From Minisyncoccota bacterium (GTDB lineage: Bacteria; Patescibacteriota; Minisyncoccia; Phycocordibacterales; JABAAK01), in the NCBI GenBank assembly GCA_965204115.1, contig OZ241963.1, positions 121,475 through 185,474 of the forward strand: 64,000 bases of DNA, in the 5' to 3' direction. Each line of letters opens with the position of its first letter. Within the stretch, counting starts at the first letter, position 1. Below are positions 58,191 to 64,000 of this stretch, in pieces. Under the pieces are notes generated by a model, which searched no databases, was not told where the DNA came from, and was given only the letters and a program-made list of their open reading frames with translations. A program made the translations under genes and the position numbers.

Positions 58191-59360
58191 CTATGCCTTC
58201 TTGGCGATTGGTAACAACGCACGGATACGGCGTACTAACGCCCGCGCTGCTTTCCGTGCTGTTGTGGGCAGGACACCGATGCGGAGTGATTTTTCATTGG
58301 ATTGGTTACAGGCACTCCCTGTAGAAACTGCAAACCCTTTCGTATCCAGCAATGTGGCGAGGTATGCGTGGTTTGTATCAGGAAACGAAACATAGAGTAG
58401 ATGCGGCGCGAGCTTTTTCCAATCAGAGGTTTTCACCTCTTTCGCCGCTTTTTCAATGCCGTGTATGTGGGTGTCGGGCATCCGGCGACCGAACTCCTCG
58501 GCAATGGTGTTGCGCGCAAGACGCGCCTGTGCGGAGAGTTGCTTTCGCTGCTTGCGGGTTTCATCAAGGGCGATTGCAAAGCCGTAGAGCAGCGCAACCG
58601 ACGGTGTCCCCGGGCGCATATCCCATAGCGAGTGCTCTCCCTGCAGCCCCGGGTAGAGATGCGCCTTGTGCAGCAGCAGCGCACCGGCACCCTGCGGGCC
58701 GAAGCTCTTTGTGCCGTCTATCGTAACTGCGTCAACACCCAAAGAAACCGGCGAACAGGTGAGGTAAGCAGTCGCCTGTGCCGCGTCAGTGTGGATGAAG
58801 AGGGTTGGGTGTTTCTCCCGCGCGGCAGCGGCAATGTCTGCGACGGGCTGCACCACCCCATGCTGGCTGTTTACCATCTGCAGAGAAATAGCAATGGTGT
58901 TTTTGCGAAGATGCTGTGTGATGTCTGACGGCGTAAACTGCCGACCGTTTTTCGGTGTGGCAACCGTGCACTGCACACCAAGTGTTTGAAAATAGGCGAG
59001 CGGTCTATACAGCGACCCATGCTCCTCATTGCCGACAATGACATGCATAGCGTCAATAGGAATGCCCTGACGACGGGCATAGAGTACTGCCGTCCGCAAC
59101 GCGAGCAAATTTGCCTCAGTTGCTCCGGAAGTAAAGATCACATTGTCCGGCTTCACCTGATACCCCCGTGCCAGCATTGTTCGCGCCAGATCAAGGTATT
59201 CTTTCGCGTTCCGGCCCGGACTATGTGCCGCGATTGGGTTGCCTACACCGTGCTTTGTCTGCACCTGCAGTACACACTGCATCGCATGCGCAGCCTTCGG
59301 GTGTATCGGTGTGAAAGACCCGGAATCAAAGTAGTGTCGTTTTTTGAAAAGAGAAACCAT
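58191..59360 (-). CDS. Cysteine desulfurase / class V aminotransferase (NifS/IscS-like)
   Basis: PLP-lysine context (IDGTKSFGPQGAGAL), conserved TSGATEAN, catalytic Cys near the C-terminus (SGSACN). Confidence 0.8.
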   Translation of the reverse strand: MVSLFKKRHYFDSGSFTPIHPKAAHAMQCVLQVQTKHGVGNPIAAHSPGRNAKEYLDLARTMLARGYQVKPDNVIFTSGATEANLLALRTAVLYARRQGIPIDAMHVIVGNEEHGSLYRPLAYFQTLGVQCTVATPKNGRQFTPSDITQHLRKNTIAISLQMVNSQHGVVQPVADIAAAAREKHPTLFIHTDAAQATAYLTCSPVSLGVDAVTIDGTKSFGPQGAGALLLHKAHLYPGLQGEHSLWDMRPGTPSVALLYGFAIALDETRKQRKQLSAQARLARNTIAEEFGRRMPDTHIHGIEKAAKEVKTSDWKKLAPHLLYVSFPDTNHAYLATLLDTKGFAVSTGSACNQSNEKSLRIGVLPTTARKAARALVRRIRALLPIAKKA

Positions 59361-59474
59361 TATACCGCCAGCATACCACGGCAAAAACAGTGCGTTATTA
59401 CAATCTCCACAGCACCTGCCGGCAGGCATGCTCAGCGGTATGGTTGTTCACATTCGTCGTGCAAAAAATACTTT

Positions 59475-59690
59475 TTATTTGCGATTCATCATACCGACCA
59501 GTACAACAAGCGCAGCGATACCGACGATAGTGTAGAGCACAAAGCTCACCTCCGGTGTCTCCAGGAGACCGTACCCAATCCACTCAACGAGGTCAAAATG
59601 CGAACCGAACAGATTCGTCACACCGACCAATCCCCAGTTCAAACCACCGACGATGGTCAACACCTTTGCGATTTTGTAATATACATTCAT
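59475..59690 (-). CDS. DUF378-family small membrane protein
   Basis: 71 aa, two TM helices, the family-typical LNWGLVG motif. Confidence 0.65.
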   Translation of the reverse strand: MNVYYKIAKVLTIVGGLNWGLVGVTNLFGSHFDLVEWIGYGLLETPEVSFVLYTIVGIAALVVLVGMMNRK

Positions 59691-59816
59691 ATAAGGATAA
59701 AAGATCTTGTTAATAAACGCACAGATTGCTCCGTACAGAAACAGTATGCCACAGTGCTACGCGCATTACACCGGATGTGTATATGATCAATGGGACCATT
59801 GAGCGTAACGACAGGT

Positions 59817-60782
59817 CTAAAGTGTCTGCTCACCCTGAAACGAGCTTCGCAGCATTTTTTCTGCCGCTTCTGTCTCGGTCAGCGTCCGCTCCTTCTGCTC
59901 TTTCTGCGGGAAGTATCGGTGCCACAGGAGCAACACAGACGGTGCGAAGAAAAGTGACGAGTAGGTTCCGGCCACTACACCGGCAAACAGTGCAATGCTG
60001 AACCACTGCGTTGCTGACACCAGTATAAACAGCAGCACGAGCGGAGTAACCGTGGAGACCGAAGTATACAGCGAGCGTCGCAAACTGGTTCGCACGCCGT
60101 AATCAACGGTTTCGGCAAAGGGTTCCTTCTTCCCCTTCTCACGATTGTTTCGTAGACGATCGCGCATACGATCAAAGACCACGATCGTGTCGTTGATAGA
60201 GTATCCGAGCGTTGCCAGGAGCGCAGTCACAAACAGCGTGTCAATCGTCGCTGTCGTGAATGGTGCGATAATCGCAAATAATCCCAACGGAATGATTGAA
60301 TCGTGTACCAGCGCGAAAGTCGCTGCGACCCCGTACTTCCACGAAGCAACCGGACGGGATGCCTTCCTGAACACAAAAGAGATATAGATGATGATGATGC
60401 CGACCGCGACCAGCAGCGCGATTATTGCCTTGTACAGCAACTCCCGACTGATAGACGGAGAAAATGATTGGTACTCTTTCACCTCAAACGCTCCGATTTC
60501 CTCCGTAATATCGGCTTTGAAAGTACTGTACTCCTCAGCGTCTAATGAGCGCGTAGTGAAGGAGTATTCGGTATCGGACATGCGATGTGTTTCCGCCTCA
60601 AGCCCCGCATCACTCAGGCGACCTGCCACCCCCTGCTGCGCCTCCGTGAACGCCACCGTCAGCTCAGCGCTCCCGCTGAACTCCGGCGCGATGTTCGGCC
60701 CGATAACAAAGGTGCATACCACGGACAAAATAATCAGCCCGATTCCGATGATTGTGTGTATTTTTGCGTGTTTACTTACCAT
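59817..60782 (-). CDS. secF: Protein translocase subunit SecF
   Basis: 6-TM SecF topology with the conserved D..I..DRMRDRLRNN region. Confidence 0.85.
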   Translation of the reverse strand: MVSKHAKIHTIIGIGLIILSVVCTFVIGPNIAPEFSGSAELTVAFTEAQQGVAGRLSDAGLEAETHRMSDTEYSFTTRSLDAEEYSTFKADITEEIGAFEVKEYQSFSPSISRELLYKAIIALLVAVGIIIIYISFVFRKASRPVASWKYGVAATFALVHDSIIPLGLFAIIAPFTTATIDTLFVTALLATLGYSINDTIVVFDRMRDRLRNNREKGKKEPFAETVDYGVRTSLRRSLYTSVSTVTPLVLLFILVSATQWFSIALFAGVVAGTYSSLFFAPSVLLLWHRYFPQKEQKERTLTETEAAEKMLRSSFQGEQTL

Positions 60783-60791
60783 ACGATATTC

Positions 60792-62075
60792 TTAGTGTAT
60801 ATACCACCGCTGCAGCCGCTTGCTGAACAGCCGGGACGATGACCGCAAAAATAGCCGCGTTAGGACATACGCGGAAAACATACTGATGAAGACACCGATG
60901 ATGAAGGCGAAAGCGAACCCTTTGATGATAGAGGTGCCGAACCAAAAGAGCAGGAAAGCAATGATGATGCTCGTCAGGTTTGCGTCCCGAATTGCCACCC
61001 ACGCCCGCGCGCATCCGCGCTCTATTGCCGTCGCACGCGACTCCCCTCTTTTAATCTCTTCTCGCATGCGTTCAAAAATGAGTACATTCGCATCAACTGC
61101 AAACCCAATAGACATAATAAAGCCGGACAGCCCCGCCGCTGTCAGCACAATCGGCACCCCCTTGAATATCGTCAGCACCATCACGCAGTACACCGTCAGC
61201 GCCACCACCGCAACCGCCCCGACCGAACGATACACCACCAAAAAGAGGAGTGCGATGAGCAGTAGTGCGATGAGCCCGGCAAACACACTGTTCTCTGACA
61301 CCTCCGCGCCGAGTGACGGATTTACCGTCAATGTTTCAGCCAGCTCAATCGGCAGCGGCAATGCCCCGAGGTTTAGCCCGTCCACCAACTCCTTTGCCGA
61401 GTCCAGGGTGAAGTTCCCCTGTATCTGCGTTGTACCGCCGGTGATTGGCTCATTGATAACCGGTGAGGAGATAACACTCCCGTCAAGAAAAATTATCAGC
61501 CGCTGCCCGACATTCGCCCGCGTCACCTCCCCGAATATCTTGCCGCCCTCGCCGTTAAAGTGCAGTACCACTATCGGCTCGTTCGTCAGCGTCCCCCCGA
61601 CACCCGGCAAAAACTGCACCTCCGCAGAAGTGATGTGTGTCCCCTGCAATCCGGTGTCTATGATCTCTGCCGACTCACCGGCCAGTATTTTAAATTCAAG
61701 ATACGGTGTCTCCCCGATTGCCCGAGTCGCCTCATCGGTATCCGTCACCCCCGGTAGCTCAACAACCAGCCGATGCGCCGCCGCATTAGCGCCGATCCCC
61801 AGCCCCGTCACCGTGTATACATTCGGCTCAGACACTCCGAGCGCATTTACCCGCTGCTCAATCACCCGCTGCAGCGCGGACATCCGCCTCGATATCTCCC
61901 CCTCCGGCACTTCCGAGACATCAGCGGTGTAGGTTACCTGGGTGCCACCGGCAAGATCAAGCCCGAACGAAAACGGAAATCGCCCCACATCATACACATA
62001 CAATACCGCCAATGCGACCGTAACGGCAACAACGCCCAAACTGATAACCCACGGTGAAACAACCCTTTTTTTCAT
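60792..62075 (-). CDS. secD: Protein translocase subunit SecD
   Basis: N-terminal TM, large periplasmic domain, 5 C-terminal TM segments (LDLAGGTQVTY...). Directly upstream of secF. Confidence 0.85.
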   Translation of the reverse strand: MKKRVVSPWVISLGVVAVTVALAVLYVYDVGRFPFSFGLDLAGGTQVTYTADVSEVPEGEISRRMSALQRVIEQRVNALGVSEPNVYTVTGLGIGANAAAHRLVVELPGVTDTDEATRAIGETPYLEFKILAGESAEIIDTGLQGTHITSAEVQFLPGVGGTLTNEPIVVLHFNGEGGKIFGEVTRANVGQRLIIFLDGSVISSPVINEPITGGTTQIQGNFTLDSAKELVDGLNLGALPLPIELAETLTVNPSLGAEVSENSVFAGLIALLLIALLFLVVYRSVGAVAVVALTVYCVMVLTIFKGVPIVLTAAGLSGFIMSIGFAVDANVLIFERMREEIKRGESRATAIERGCARAWVAIRDANLTSIIIAFLLFWFGTSIIKGFAFAFIIGVFISMFSAYVLTRLFLRSSSRLFSKRLQRWYIH

Positions 62076-62124
62076 ATTACTCTGTTATTGTATCACAAGA
62101 AAAAAGTGCTTACTGCAGAAGCGA

Positions 62125-62381
62125 TTTTATCCACAAACCCTTATTTCACGGGTTATTTTAGTGGTATATTAGGTATAAGTAAAAAGGCACCAATCCATAA
62201 GGGGTTGACAATTGTGTTGTGTTGTGGTATAGTAATATCAGTGATGGGGGTTTAGACAATTCTCTTAAGGGTGTTCCGCGGAGAACACGTTAAAAAAATA
62301 ATGTATAATTTGTGTTTCTTATCTGTATAGGATACATCCTTAAGAGAGTTGTATAAATGTATAGTTTGTATGACTTTGGTC
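62125..62381 (+). promoter_or_regulatory. Copy B of the duplicated promoter-leader cassette (conserved 5' block, 67-bp unique insert, identical 44-bp 3' block)
   Basis: TTATCCACA at 62127-62135. TTGACA(62205-62210)-17 bp-TATAGT(62228-62233). IR caattctcttaagg (62257-62270) / ccttaagagagttg (62338-62351). 110 of 111 nt identical to copy A across promoter + 5' transcript + 3' block. Confidence 0.8.
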
Positions 62382-62617
62382 ATTAGCAATTAAAAAAGAA
62401 GAAAGGGAAAGGATTGGAAGGTGTGTATACTATCTCTCCCATAACAGTATTGCTCAATGCAGTAGTGTTGTGGGAGGGATGGCTGAATAGCTCTGTTGCT
62501 TATTCAAAATTCACACCATCCCATGTGGACTCCATCGATTATTGGGCGTCCAAATTCCGGGACCACTAAGGCGAGATGCCGGTCCCACATTCCCGCGGGA
62601 TGCGGGGAGGGAATATC

Positions 62618-63166
62618 ATGAAAAAATTCAAAAGATACTATCAAGAGGCCTTTGTCTCTCAATTCAGCTTTCTGTTTCACGGGGAAAACCCCGTTGCGAA
62701 CGGATGGCTTGTTGAAGAGGTGCGGGTTTCTCGCGTCGACGAAGCTCTCCTTGAGAAGACCCCAATGTACGACGGGGCGACAGGGTCCCGTGTCGGCATC
62801 GACGACAATGAGAAAATTTTCTTGTTTGACAAAGAGGGTAATCTTCTTACTGAGGTTGAGCAAGCCGGATACTGCAGACACAATGAGTCTCACTGTGACG
62901 ACGAGGAGTGGGACGGAGAGGCGGTCGGTGAGGCGCTGCTTCGTGTCGATGCCAAAGATGTCTACTATGTTGTCACGGTCCACACGGGGTACAGAATCCG
63001 TGACCACCACAGTGTTGGTGGGTATAGCGTCACGCTATACAAACCCCCGAAAGGGTTTTCACTCCCTGAGTGGGTCAAAGAGAGGCGTCGCCGCGCTGCC
63101 CAGGCGATCTCCGCGGAGATCGCGGAGATCGACGCCGAAGCTCAGCAAGGGTGTGTCTCCCGGTAA
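62618..63166 (+). CDS. Hypothetical protein (family A/B, copy B), 182 aa, cytoplasmic
   Basis: SD GGGAGGGAA before the ATG. Remote paralog of the 39086-39658 product, with a shared motif order and a charged C-terminal helix. Confidence 0.6.
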   Translation: MKKFKRYYQEAFVSQFSFLFHGENPVANGWLVEEVRVSRVDEALLEKTPMYDGATGSRVGIDDNEKIFLFDKEGNLLTEVEQAGYCRHNESHCDDEEWDGEAVGEALLRVDAKDVYYVVTVHTGYRIRDHHSVGGYSVTLYKPPKGFSLPEWVKERRRRAAQAISAEIAEIDAEAQQGCVSR

Positions 63167-63302
63167 ACCTAACTAACAAGATCAAACCAGATGCGTGTTT
63201 CATTCTCGTTATTAACGATTGAAGATGCAAACATGCGATGTGCTACCAACACGCGTCTGGTTAAGTAACTTCTTAATTAACTAATGGAGGCAATAGCTAA
63301 AG

Positions 63303-63746
63303 ATGTCAACAGCAACGAAAGTTTTTTCTTTTTGCCCAGATTGCTCACCTGTGAACGGAAAGGAAGTCACAGAGTGCAGTAGTGACTTCCACTACTGCGC
63401 AGGCGGACATTTCTTTCGCCCTAACAGTAGATCTGGAAAAATCATCAAGTTGCAGGTTGAGTTAAAAGAGACACTGCACTCAACCAACGCCGCGCAATCA
63501 CAAAATGGCGGTAATTACACGTATCACACATATACTGTTACTTCTGGTGGCGAGGAACCTGTCGAAGAGGTGGTACCAGAATTAAGGGGGCAAAGCTGCC
63601 CTGTGTCTCTTGGCGCACCTACGCCAACCCCGGAAGAACAGGCACGTGTGACTGCGGCAGTCGAGTCCATCTGGAAAACGATGGAAGAAAATGCCGCCGG
63701 TCTCGACAAGCAATCCCGTCGTGTTAACAACTTTCTTTTAACTTAA
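63303..63746 (+). CDS. Hypothetical protein with an N-terminal Cys cluster (possible zinc ribbon)
   Basis: CPDC...C...HYC near the N-terminus. SD AATGGAGG upstream. May be co-transcribed with gene B. Confidence 0.45.
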   Translation: MSTATKVFSFCPDCSPVNGKEVTECSSDFHYCAGGHFFRPNSRSGKIIKLQVELKETLHSTNAAQSQNGGNYTYHTYTVTSGGEEPVEEVVPELRGQSCPVSLGAPTPTPEEQARVTAAVESIWKTMEENAAGLDKQSRRVNNFLLT

Positions 63747-63822
63747 TCTTGGATGCTGGGCGTTGCTTTCTTAATTATTGCAACCCGGAACGAACACGCT
63801 CGGCACCCTCAAGGAGAAAAAA

Positions 63823-64000
63823 ATGGCAAGAAAAAGAAACACCTTAACTTCAGGGGAAAGGCTTTCAGTAGTCTCACTGAACACCATAATCGCGAAATCA
63901 ATATCAATTGGCCATTCCAACACTCTCCGGTATCTTGAAGAGCTGCGGGAGGTGAGAGAACAGCTTCAAGAAGAAGGAGTTATTCAGCAAGACGGAGAGT
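63823..64000 (+). CDS. Partial ORF (runs off the window): small basic N-terminal region, possible HTH-type (regulator or IS-element OrfA-like)
   Basis: SD AAGGAG 7 nt before the ATG. MARKRNTLTSGERLSVVSLNTIIAKSISIGHSNTLRYLEEL... resembles helix-turn-helix N-termini. Confidence 0.35.
   Translation, partial: MARKRNTLTSGERLSVVSLNTIIAKSISIGHSNTLRYLEELREVREQLQEEGVIQQDGE

Overview
This 64-kb window is one strand-mixed chromosomal segment from a compact-genome bacterium with ~50% GC and tightly packed, often overlapping housekeeping genes. Many proteins are shortened (SecA 760 aa, SMC 720 aa, ValRS 715 aa) and the tRNA lacks an encoded CCA; I cannot assign a lineage from sequence alone. It begins inside an rRNA operon (23S 3' end, spacer, 5S). 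The coding content is core functions. Envelope genes: mreB-mreC-mreD-PBP2, mraY-SEDS (FtsW/RodA), uppP, a Mur ligase, a lytic transglycosylase, dsbB and several lipoproteins. Translation genes: frr, gatC-gatA...gatB, valS, glyS, prfA, prfB, arfB, obg, L25, L31, L21 and tRNA-Thr. Also present are secA, secD-secF, smc, recR, dnaB, ligA, rnc, greA, tsaD, hsp20, a livHMGF ABC transporter, a type IV pilus set (pilT, pilC, prepilin) and a class-I DAHP synthase. The most unusual content is non-coding or poorly characterised. (1) A ~265-bp promoter-leader cassette occurs twice, 23.5 kb apart (38616-38880 and 62125-62381). Each copy has a near-identical consensus sigma70 promoter and 5' transcript, a 67-75-nt completely unrelated insert bracketed by a 14-bp inverted repeat, and an identical 44-nt 3' block carrying a tiny conserved uORF. 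Each copy drives a different ~185-aa hypothetical protein, and the two proteins are remote paralogs of each other. (2) A ~400-bp convergent intergenic region (50005-50390) is packed with long perfect palindromes sharing a TGCGACAA/TTGTCGCA core. (3) Several structured non-coding stretches fall outside the coding annotation. These are a ~300-nt region upstream of secA with a duplicated terminator element, hairpin-repeat clusters between tsaD and recR, a 460-bp ORF-free spacer after tRNA-Thr, and a consensus promoter that drives a 37-aa hydrophobic peptide. (4) A few genes have atypical architecture: a NusB-NUDIX fusion, a hinge-less SMC, a bacterial SET-domain protein, and prfB with no frameshift site. 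All calls rest on motif-level reading of the supplied translations and sequence; no database searches were possible.
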